Positions 29,388 to 37,751 of a stretch of DNA of 57,153 bases are shown one piece after another. Where the stretch lies: positions 69,748-126,900 of the forward strand of contig JAFGRN010000002.1 of assembly GCA_016935115.1 (NCBI GenBank). Reading direction: 5' to 3'. A program made the position numbers and the translations under genes. Within the stretch, counting starts at the first letter, position 1, and each line of letters starts with the position of its first letter. A model generated the notes under the pieces. The model had not been told where the DNA came from, did not search any database, and worked only from the letters and a program-made list of their open reading frames with translations. Origin of the DNA: Candidatus Omnitrophota bacterium (lineage in GTDB: Bacteria; Omnitrophota; Gorgyraeia; 2-01-FULL-45-10).

Positions 29388-30257
29388 TCAGAGGCCCTTC
29401 TTGCCTCTTACTATCGAATAAGCTATCAGCCCCAGGCCGAGGAAGGCCATAGATGACAGGAAGGTTACTACAGCCGACAACCCGTAGAAAATATTGCCTG
29501 CCTTCGCAAAGTACAGGATCGTAAAGACAAGCGACAGCAGGAGCGATATGATGGTAAATGGCAAAAATGCCTTAAGCGGTATATAATAGCTCACGGTCTG
29601 CAGCAATATCTGGAATGTTCTCGCCGTATCGCGAAAATAACGCACCTTTGACTTACTTCCGACACGCGGCTGATAATCTATCGGCACGAATTTTATCAGA
29701 CGATTATTGCACAGCAGGACGAGCGTTATGGTAGTGGTAAAAGAGAATCCGGAACAGAAATCATCTTCAAACTTCATTACTACATCTTTCCTGAATATCC
29801 TAAGACCTGAATTTGCGTCCGGAACATGGTCACCCGTGACATAGCTTATGAGGAGGTAAAATATCCCCCGGGAAATCCTCTTCACCGGGGAACCATGATA
29901 ATGTTTACCCTGCCTGGCGCCCACTACCATGTCAAAATCGCCTATGTATGGCAGAAGTTTCTTTATTTCGGGGACCGGATAGGTCCCGTCGGCATCCATG
30001 ATAAGGATATCATTGTATCTGGACTTTTTGATGCCGGTTGTAAGCGACGCGCCGTAACCCCTGTTCATGGGATGCGAGATCACCGTAGCCCCCGCCCGCT
30101 CCGCGGACTGCGCGGTGTCGTCGGTAGAAAAATCGTCGACGACTATTATCTCATATTCTATTCTTTCCTTCTTCATGAATTCCGTAACGGCCCCTATCAC
30201 CGTCGCGATGTGCCTGGATTCATTGTACGCCGGAATTACCACACTTATAGGTTTCAT
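29388..30257 (-). CDS. GT2 glycosyltransferase (polyprenyl-phosphate type)
   Basis: SVVIPAYNE, VDDFSTD, NRGYG, DADGTY, VVGAR, DANSGLR; two C-terminal TM helices. Confidence 0.88.
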   Translation of the reverse strand: MKPISVVIPAYNESRHIATVIGAVTEFMKKERIEYEIIVVDDFSTDDTAQSAERAGATVISHPMNRGYGASLTTGIKKSRYNDILIMDADGTYPVPEIKKLLPYIGDFDMVVGARQGKHYHGSPVKRISRGIFYLLISYVTGDHVPDANSGLRIFRKDVVMKFEDDFCSGFSFTTTITLVLLCNNRLIKFVPIDYQPRVGSKSKVRYFRDTARTFQILLQTVSYYIPLKAFLPFTIISLLLSLVFTILYFAKAGNIFYGLSAVVTFLSSMAFLGLGLIAYSIVRGKKGL

Positions 30258-30276
30258 ATCGATTACCCCTTTGTTC

Positions 30277-31752
30277 TTATTTCCGCTCTTTTAAAAACAT
30301 TAATTTCAGCTTATCGATCTCCTTCGGGTGAAAGAAACCGACAAGATACAATGCATAGAAGAAGACTGCCATGAGGGCGCCTTTAAGCAGTATGGCCAGG
30401 CCCAGCGTCGGACACGGCACAGCCATGGCAATAACATATGTCGCCGTAACTGCCAGGGCTATCTTCGCCATCCTTTTCCACTCAACCGGGATCGGGTAGA
30501 GCTTCTGGGCGGTGATATATGTAGCCGCCGCCACAAGAAAATAACTCACCACTGTGGCCGCGGCGGAACCCATCATGCCGAATTTCGGTATCCAGAGGAT
30601 ATTGAGCAATATGTTTATGACAACCGAGATAAGAAGTATCACCGGCTGGGCATATATGCTCTTCGCGACTATGAGGCTGCAAAGCATGAATATATATATC
30701 CCGTTCAGGAGATACGCAAAAGCTATCCAGGGTATGACTTTGGAGGCCTCCTGGTAGGATTGCGAAGTAAATATCTGTATTATCTCCCTGCTGAATACAG
30801 ATACCGACAGAAAGAGAAATGCTATCGCCAACATGAAGTACGTAAATACGCCTCCAAATATTTTCTGAGCCTTGTCACGATTCTCCTGTGACAGTGAAAG
30901 CATGAGTGGTACCCATGCTATTGTAAATGCCTTGATCGCGAGATACATCGCCTGTCCTATCTTGTACCCGACTGAATAGAGCCCCACCTGCTGGAGCGTG
31001 GAGAGCCGGGACAATAGGTACCTGTCGGAAAAATCTATCCCCCAGGAAAAGAGAAGCACCGGCAGGTATGGCAACCCGAACTTCAGCATTCCCTTAAGCT
31101 CTTTCATCGAGAAATCCACCGCGTATTCCCCGCGTGTAACGAAGAAGAGTGCCACGGCCATAAATAAGTAGGCTATTATAAAAGCCTCGTAGACGCCTTC
31201 CAACCCCTTGCCGATTGAAAGTAGGAAATAATTCGCCGCTATCATTATTGCAATGCCAGACATTGTTATAGCCGCGAATATAACGGCCCGCCCTTTGATC
31301 CTCAGGATCGATAAAGGCACCCATGTAAGAGACTGGAGCAGGACGCCTATCAGCATCAGCCTTATAAGCCATGTAAATCCTGCGCCGCTCAACACAATAT
31401 TTGATATGAGTGGCGCTCCGGCCCACAAAGCAAGCGTAAATAGCGCCGCCAGGGAAAACAGGAAGATGAAAGCCGTGCTGATCACTCTTCTCCGGAGAGC
31501 GGCCTCTCCCGGCTCGTACTGATAGTACCACCGGAATATCGCGTTTATCATTCCGAAATCGTACAGGAAGAAGAGCAGGCTGGATATCATGCCTATCAGC
31601 GCGTAAATTCCATAATCGGACGGGCTCAGGAACCTGGTGTAGAGAGGGACGAGCACTGTACCCGATATGGCGGTGAATGACATCCCTATCCCGTAGATGA
31701 GGGAATGCTTGCCCGTCTTCTTCAGGGTATTGGTCAAAAGGCCTTCATTCAT
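30277..31752 (-). CDS. wzx: Wzx-type oligosaccharide flippase
   Basis: PLYTRFLSPSDYG, DRYLL..L.QVGLYS, LNILWIPKFGMMGSAAAT; about 12-14 TM helices. Confidence 0.9.
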   Translation of the reverse strand: MNEGLLTNTLKKTGKHSLIYGIGMSFTAISGTVLVPLYTRFLSPSDYGIYALIGMISSLLFFLYDFGMINAIFRWYYQYEPGEAALRRRVISTAFIFLFSLAALFTLALWAGAPLISNIVLSGAGFTWLIRLMLIGVLLQSLTWVPLSILRIKGRAVIFAAITMSGIAIMIAANYFLLSIGKGLEGVYEAFIIAYLFMAVALFFVTRGEYAVDFSMKELKGMLKFGLPYLPVLLFSWGIDFSDRYLLSRLSTLQQVGLYSVGYKIGQAMYLAIKAFTIAWVPLMLSLSQENRDKAQKIFGGVFTYFMLAIAFLFLSVSVFSREIIQIFTSQSYQEASKVIPWIAFAYLLNGIYIFMLCSLIVAKSIYAQPVILLISVVINILLNILWIPKFGMMGSAAATVVSYFLVAAATYITAQKLYPIPVEWKRMAKIALAVTATYVIAMAVPCPTLGLAILLKGALMAVFFYALYLVGFFHPKEIDKLKLMFLKERK

Positions 31753-32227
31753 GACTCTTCCCGTCGAAACACATGCACGTCACACCATTTGCACTGTCCT
31801 TAATGTTATAACCATTCTTTGCGAATATCCTTATCGAAGCCATATTATCGCTCTTTATCCTGGCCACTATCGGCTTGCCAAATTCCCTCAATGCCCCTGC
31901 CGAGGTCAGGCCGACCATCTTTGAGCCAAGGCCCATCCCCCTGTACGCGGGATCGACGCTCACACTGATCACCGCGCAATCTTCTCCGGCATCAAATCTC
32001 ACCATCCCGACCTTCCTGTCCCCTGCTATGCCTATATATAGCTTTGAGCGGGGATCCTTCATCTTCTTCGCAAACCATCTCTTATGATCCTCGAGGGATA
32101 CTTCGGCGTCGCCCGATATAGAGTTCCTTCTCATGATCGGATCATTCCTCCACCTGAAGAGGTCCATGCAGTCCGCCTCATTCGCCCTTCTCATCCTGAC
32201 ATTCAATGGATCGTCATTCGCACGCAT
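31745..32227 (-). CDS. GNAT N-acetyltransferase (PseH-like)
   Basis: LFRWRND, EDHKRWF, VGMVRFD, YRGMGLG, N.ASIRIF.KNGY. Confidence 0.85.
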   Translation of the reverse strand: MRANDDPLNVRMRRANEADCMDLFRWRNDPIMRRNSISGDAEVSLEDHKRWFAKKMKDPRSKLYIGIAGDRKVGMVRFDAGEDCAVISVSVDPAYRGMGLGSKMVGLTSAGALREFGKPIVARIKSDNMASIRIFAKNGYNIKDSANGVTCMCFDGKSHE

Positions 32228-32233
32228 GAAGTC

Positions 32234-33331
32234 TCAGCGCCAGTCCTTGTTATAAAGGCCTATATACTCCTGCGCCAGTTTCAGCGCGTCATGATATTTT
32301 TCAATATGCCTGCGGCTCTTTATGCCAAGCTCGACCCTCCTGGCTTTATCGGTAATAAGCCCTTTCAGCGCCTCTTTTATATTTTCGGGATTGGCATTCA
32401 CTATCGGATTATCTTTCGGAAGCAGCCTTAGCGCGTCCTTATTCAGATAGCAGACGACCGGCTTGCCCATTGCCATGGCCTCGACCGACACGCCGCTGTA
32501 GGTGCCCATGAGAAGCTGGACGACCACTATATCCGCTTGCTGGTAATAATATTTCATAGCTTCATACGGCACATTATCGACAAAAATAAATTCTATATTA
32601 TATCCTTCCCCCTTAAGCTCCTCGACAGCCTTTTTTATAAATCTGGTCCCCTTCTGATCCCCCCTGGCTTTCGAATTCTCAAAAGGATGCAGGATCCTAA
32701 CTGCGCCTTTGGCTTCCGGCAGACGGTGCTCGGAAGGTATGACTTCCGACGGATGCCAGTATTTAAGATCTATGGCAAGCGGGATATAAAGCGCGTCCGG
32801 CACCATCCTTATGGCGTCGGAACCGCCATACACCCTGAAGTCGGCGTATTTGACATGCGTAAGATTATCGCGCAGCTTCCGAGAGTTCTGGCATATCCTG
32901 ATACAGTCATCGCAGGTACTGTGATCTTCGGAGAGCTGCGATATCGTCTTAAGCCGGATGTCGCACCCCCAATATTGGAACACTATCTTCTTCCTGAAAA
33001 GCCTGAGTATCATAAGGTCCAGCGAGGATCTGCTTCCGAAGAAAGACTCCGAATGGAAGTGAAAGACGTCATACTTGAAGAGGGCTGAAATAAAAAAAAC
33101 GGAAAATCGGATCAGAAACTTCAGCGTCCCGAGGATCCTGCCTGGACGGAAGGACATATCGCCGCGATCGAAATGAAAATTATAATCACAGTCCCTTACG
33201 CGGAGCTCTTTCCTGTCCGCATTGAAGACCATGAAGTCGCTCCTGTATCCGAGCTCCCTCTGGGCCCTCGATATCACCCATTGCTGGTTGATCACTATGA
33301 CAGGAGCATGCAATATCCTTGGACGCTTCAT
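32234..33331 (-). CDS. GT-B fold glycosyltransferase (GT4-like)
   Basis: DVFHFH, ADIVVVQL, EAMAMGKPVVCY, PIVNA. Confidence 0.82.
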   Translation of the reverse strand: MKRPRILHAPVIVINQQWVISRAQRELGYRSDFMVFNADRKELRVRDCDYNFHFDRGDMSFRPGRILGTLKFLIRFSVFFISALFKYDVFHFHSESFFGSRSSLDLMILRLFRKKIVFQYWGCDIRLKTISQLSEDHSTCDDCIRICQNSRKLRDNLTHVKYADFRVYGGSDAIRMVPDALYIPLAIDLKYWHPSEVIPSEHRLPEAKGAVRILHPFENSKARGDQKGTRFIKKAVEELKGEGYNIEFIFVDNVPYEAMKYYYQQADIVVVQLLMGTYSGVSVEAMAMGKPVVCYLNKDALRLLPKDNPIVNANPENIKEALKGLITDKARRVELGIKSRRHIEKYHDALKLAQEYIGLYNKDWR

Positions 33332-33357
33332 TATGGTAACACCTGCCTTCCCGGCAT

Positions 33358-34416
33358 CTACCGTAATTCTTTACCGCAGCGCTTTTTATCTTCTATATAC
33401 TCTCTTATATAATAGTCCACTGTCTTCATAAGCGCGGTATCGACGTCGTATTTCGGCTCCCAGCCAAGAAGCGTCCTGGCCTTTTTGATAGACGGCACCC
33501 TGAATGTCACATCCTGGTAACCTTCGCCATAGAACCGGTCCTGAGAAATATCTTCTATCCTGACCTTCTTCTTCAATACCTTTGATTTAACGAGCGGATG
33601 CCTCTCAAATATCTTCTTTATCCTGGCGGCAAGATCCCTGATAGTTATGTTATTATCCGGATTGCCGATATTTATTATCTCCCTGTCGCAAACTCCGCCC
33701 TTATTTTCAATTATCTTTATGAGGCAATCTATGCCGTCATCGACATACAGGAAACATCTCTTCTGGTGGCCACCGTTCACCAGTTTCATGGGCTCATCCC
33801 TGAGTATATTGCCTATGAACTGGGTGACTACCCGGGAACTACCCTCTTTTGTGGCGCTAATACTGTCAAGCCTCGGGCCCAGCCAGTTATACGGCCGGAA
33901 TGTAGAGAAATTGAACCCTTTCTCGAAGCCGTAAGCCCACAGCACCCTGTCGAGAAGCTGTTTACAGCAACTGTATATCCATCTCTGCTTGTTTATCGGG
34001 CCGACGATGAAATTGGATTTATCTTCATCGAATATTTCATCCGTGCACATGCCATAGACTTCCGAGGTCGAAGGAAATATTACCCTCGTATTATGTTTCA
34101 CGGCGCTCTTGATAACCTCGAGGTTCGCTTCGAAATCGAGATTGAAGACCTTGAGCGGATGTTTGACATACGTTGCCGGAGTCGCTATGGCCACGAGCGG
34201 CAGGACCACATCGCATTTCTTTATATTGTAATCGATCCACTTCTTATTCACGGTTATGTCGCCCTTTACGAAGTGGAACCTGGGATGCCTTATGACGCTC
34301 CCGAGTTTATCAAACCTGATATCGAGGCCATAGACTTCCCAGTCCTTGTCGCGCAGTATTCTCTCGGTCAGGTGGCTGCCGATAAAACCATTCACCCCCA
34401 GGATCAGGATCTTCAT
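33358..34416 (-). CDS. Stand-alone ArnA dehydrogenase domain (UDP-glucuronate oxidase/decarboxylase, UDP-4-keto-pentose forming)
   Basis: ILGVNGFIGSHL, PLVAIATP, LDFEANL, FPSTSEVYG, RWIYSCCKQLLDR, FRPYNW.GPRLD: matches the ArnA C-terminal domain; no formyltransferase domain. Confidence 0.9.
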   Translation of the reverse strand: MKILILGVNGFIGSHLTERILRDKDWEVYGLDIRFDKLGSVIRHPRFHFVKGDITVNKKWIDYNIKKCDVVLPLVAIATPATYVKHPLKVFNLDFEANLEVIKSAVKHNTRVIFPSTSEVYGMCTDEIFDEDKSNFIVGPINKQRWIYSCCKQLLDRVLWAYGFEKGFNFSTFRPYNWLGPRLDSISATKEGSSRVVTQFIGNILRDEPMKLVNGGHQKRCFLYVDDGIDCLIKIIENKGGVCDREIINIGNPDNNITIRDLAARIKKIFERHPLVKSKVLKKKVRIEDISQDRFYGEGYQDVTFRVPSIKKARTLLGWEPKYDVDTALMKTVDYYIREYIEDKKRCGKELR

Positions 34417-34444
34417 CTGCCTCTCTCCTTAAGAGCCGCTAATC

Positions 34445-35605
34445 TCAAGCCGCGGCTTTCTTTATTATCTCTTTAACAGACCCGGCTACATAATCAACAT
34501 CATCGATCGTCATCTTAGGATATAATGGCAATGATATGAGGCGATCGGACGCATACTCGGCATTCGGAAAAGTTCCTTTGCCGGATTTAAAATATTTTTT
34601 ATAATATGTCAATGTATGCGCGGCCCTGAAATGCACGCCTACGCCGATATTCTTCGCCTGGATAGCGTCTATAATCTCGTCCCTCGTCATCTTCAGGTTC
34701 TCGGTTTTTACCCTTATCGGGTAGAGATGGTAAGCATTCCTGTTGCCGGCCTCCGGAGGCGGAAGCATTATTATGTTCTTCTCTGCCTTAAAATGTTTAT
34801 CGTAGCGCCCGGAATATTCCTGCCTCTTCTTCCAGAAATCCTCTATCTTTTTAAGCTGCTGGATACCGAGCGACGCCTGGATATCGGTCATATTATACTT
34901 AAAACCTATATATTCCATATCCCAATGCCTGAACTGGCCCTTCTCATACCTGCGCCATGCCGTCTTATCCATGCCGTGAAGCCTCATTACCCTCACTCTG
35001 TCGGCAAACGCCTGGTCATCCGTAGTAACCATCCCGCCTTCTCCGGTCGTAATATTCTTTATCGGATGGAAGCTGAAACAGGCCGCATTACTTGACGATC
35101 CCATCTTCCTGCCTTTATATTCAGTCTCTATGGCATGGGCGGCGTCTTCTACCACATACAGCTTATGTTCTTTTGCCATAGCATGTATCTCATCCATGCG
35201 GCATGGCTGTCCCGCATAATGGACAGGGATTATCGCCTTTGTGCGCTTTGTAATCTTCTTCCGAATTTCGGCTATATCGATATTAAGAGTATCGGGCTCT
35301 ATATCGGCCAGCACCGGCTTTGCCGAAGTATAGACTATCGCGTTCAGGGTAGAGACAAATGTCATGGGAGTCGTTATGACCTCATCTCCCGCTCCTATGC
35401 CCAATCCCAATAGCGCAAGATGAAGCGCGGCAGTTCCGGAAGTAACCCCCACTGCATTGGCGGCTTTTATATACTTCGCGAAGTCTTCCTCAAAACGCTT
35501 TGTCTTCGGTCCTGTAGTAAGCCATCCCGAATCGAGCGTATCGACGAGCTCCCGTTTTTCCTCTTCCGAAAACAGGTAGCTGTTAAAATTTATATATTCC
35601 TTCAC
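34445..35605 (-). CDS. DegT-family aminotransferase (ArnB-like)
   Basis: SGWLTTGPK, PVHYAG, EDAAHA, FSFHPIKNITTGEGG, GFKYNMTD; adjacent to the ArnA domain. Confidence 0.9.
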   Translation of the reverse strand: MKEYINFNSYLFSEEEKRELVDTLDSGWLTTGPKTKRFEEDFAKYIKAANAVGVTSGTAALHLALLGLGIGAGDEVITTPMTFVSTLNAIVYTSAKPVLADIEPDTLNIDIAEIRKKITKRTKAIIPVHYAGQPCRMDEIHAMAKEHKLYVVEDAAHAIETEYKGRKMGSSSNAACFSFHPIKNITTGEGGMVTTDDQAFADRVRVMRLHGMDKTAWRRYEKGQFRHWDMEYIGFKYNMTDIQASLGIQQLKKIEDFWKKRQEYSGRYDKHFKAEKNIIMLPPPEAGNRNAYHLYPIRVKTENLKMTRDEIIDAIQAKNIGVGVHFRAAHTLTYYKKYFKSGKGTFPNAEYASDRLISLPLYPKMTIDDVDYVAGSVKEIIKKAAA

Positions 35606-36723
35606 ACGCCCTTCCTAAAAAACTCCGCTATCTTTTCAACTATGTATTTCTTATCAGGCATTGTCAATTCCGAATATACCGGGAGAGCCACGGTGGAATC
35701 GGCGGAGTCTTCCGAATTAGGCAGATCCCCCTTCTTATAGCCGAGAGACCTGTAGCATTTCTGCAGGTGAAGAGGTATCGGATAATATACTCTGGCCTCT
35801 ATGCCGCTATTCTCGAGATAACTTATCAATCCGTCTCTCCTGGCCTTATCCACTTTTATCACATACTGATGATAAACATGGGTATTTTTAGCGGTAAGAT
35901 ACGGCACAACTACGCCTTTTATTTTCGATAATTCGGAATCGAAGAACTTCGCGTTCTCCTGCCTTGCCTTTGTCCACGTATCGAGAGCCCTTAGCTTGAT
36001 CCTCAGGATCGCAGCCTGCAGATTATCCAGCCGTGAATTGTATCCCAGCTCCTCATGCACATACCTGACCGCGCTTCCGTGTACGCGCAATACCTTAATG
36101 CGCCCGGCGAACTCTTCACTCTGTGTAGTTATCATTCCTCCGTCGCCAAAAGCGCCGAGATTCTTGCTGGGAAAGAAACTTATGGCTCCGGCCAGGCCGA
36201 ATGATCCTGCTTTCCTGCCGCCATAAGTGGCGCCTATCGCCTGGGCGCAATCTTCTATCACCGGCACTTTACGATTGCGGGATATCTCCAGTATTCTGTC
36301 CATATCGGCGCATTGGCCGTATAAATGCACTGGTATTATTGCCTTTGTCTTACCGGTAATCTTCTTTTCTATAAGGGACGGATCTATCGTATATGTTTTC
36401 GGATCTATATCCACAAAGACCGGTATCGCTCCAAGCTCAGATGCCGCTCCCGCGGTAGCCATGAATGTGAATGACGGGACTATGACCTCATCGCCGCGGC
36501 CGACCCCGGCGGCATGAAGGCTTATCTTCAGGGCATCGGTGCCGGAGGCTACTCCAACGGCATATTTAACTCCGCAATATGAAGCTATCTCCTTCTCCAG
36601 GGCCACTACCTCGGCGCCTAATATGAAGCTCTGGCTATTGAAAATAGCCTCTACAGCCTTATTCACGTCATTCTTTATTCCCTGATATTGGGCCTTCAGG
36701 TCCAAAAGCGGTATATTCCGCAT
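35602..36723 (-). CDS. DegT-family aminotransferase (WbpE-like)
   Basis: IPLLDLKAQY, VHLYGQ, IEDCAQAIG, SFFPSKNLGAFGDGG, NSRLD. Start MRNIP at 36723 (track 36741). Confidence 0.92.
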   Translation of the reverse strand: MRNIPLLDLKAQYQGIKNDVNKAVEAIFNSQSFILGAEVVALEKEIASYCGVKYAVGVASGTDALKISLHAAGVGRGDEVIVPSFTFMATAGAASELGAIPVFVDIDPKTYTIDPSLIEKKITGKTKAIIPVHLYGQCADMDRILEISRNRKVPVIEDCAQAIGATYGGRKAGSFGLAGAISFFPSKNLGAFGDGGMITTQSEEFAGRIKVLRVHGSAVRYVHEELGYNSRLDNLQAAILRIKLRALDTWTKARQENAKFFDSELSKIKGVVVPYLTAKNTHVYHQYVIKVDKARRDGLISYLENSGIEARVYYPIPLHLQKCYRSLGYKKGDLPNSEDSADSTVALPVYSELTMPDKKYIVEKIAEFFRKGV

Positions 36724-36792
36724 ACACTTTTCCTTTAGCATGTTATATTGATATATATCTTAATATATTGCGATTTGGCACGTTAAGTAGTG

Positions 36793-36821
36793 ATTTTACC
36801 GTGCCTTTGGCAGATTGTCAA
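36793..36821 (-). promoter_or_regulatory. Sigma70-like internal promoter P2
   Basis: Minus strand TTGACA-N17-TAAAAT in the intergenic gap 36724-36839. Confidence 0.8.
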
Positions 36822-36839
36822 CGAATTAGCATTTTCAGG

Positions 36840-37748
36840 CTATTTCTTAGCAACAACGCACCAGGAATAGCAAAAATACTGAAACAGCGTCCTGCCGAGA
36901 ATGTAGTGCAGGTATCGTGTCCTGGCATAGATCCATGCTATCGCCCTTGTGGAAAAGACTTCCAGGATATTAAATGGCAGGAACAGAAGCGCGAATGTAT
37001 CGATCGAGGCGGCTCCGCTTTTCCGCGCAAGCTTCATCCAATTCCACGGAAGCTGCTGGTTGAATTCCTGGAATATATTCCTGTAACTGCCATGCGGCTC
37101 CGGAAGCGGAAAAGACGGATGGCTCTTCCTGAAACTTCCCAGTATATCTCCAGACGGGCGACCGTTATCACCCGGCCCGGACGCGCTCTTGCGGAATAAT
37201 TTTGCGGCCGCTACATCCGCCATACGCCTGGCCATGTACAGAAAGAGATGCGGGAAAGCGCACAGGCTTGCTATATAAGTGGGCACGCAGAATATCACGA
37301 TTCCGCCGGGTTTCAATACTCGGAACATCTCCTTCAAGGCCTTCTCTTTATTATCTATGTGTTCCAGCACCGCTATGGAATAGACAAAATCAAATGTTCC
37401 GTCGGGAAACGGGAGGGATTCCCCAGAGCATGATGCCAATTTCACATTCTCAGCGCCCGACTTCTTTAAGAGGCTGCCTGCGGCGGATATTCCCATAGAA
37501 TGTGTCGCAAGATTTAAAAAAGGCATGTCTGTGGCTACCAGCTTCCTGACTTTGCCGCTCATCAAGGCTGATTGGAAGCCTGAGCCACAGCCTATCTCGA
37601 GTCCCGTCCATTCGGGTTTTATGTCAACGTGCGCCAGGAGAAGCTCCATGAGAGTCTTCTTTATAAGAAAATCTCCGGGGACAGGTTCGAGGCCCATGAG
37701 ATCCTGGGCTTTTTCACAAGTTTTATCGAAAACCGCGAGACTTTCCAT
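36840..37748 (-). CDS. Class I SAM-dependent methyltransferase
   Basis: GLEIGCGSG, LPFPDGTFDFVYSIAVLEHI, RVLKPGG. Confidence 0.88.
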   Translation of the reverse strand: MESLAVFDKTCEKAQDLMGLEPVPGDFLIKKTLMELLLAHVDIKPEWTGLEIGCGSGFQSALMSGKVRKLVATDMPFLNLATHSMGISAAGSLLKKSGAENVKLASCSGESLPFPDGTFDFVYSIAVLEHIDNKEKALKEMFRVLKPGGIVIFCVPTYIASLCAFPHLFLYMARRMADVAAAKLFRKSASGPGDNGRPSGDILGSFRKSHPSFPLPEPHGSYRNIFQEFNQQLPWNWMKLARKSGAASIDTFALLFLPFNILEVFSTRAIAWIYARTRYLHYILGRTLFQYFCYSWCVVAKK

Positions 37749-37751
37749 CTA

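Noticed and set aside
33089-33099. Homopolymer runs (about A8 here and near 49820) as phase-variation tracts
   Set aside because: Short, frames are intact, and they fall in Phe-rich hydrophobic segments.
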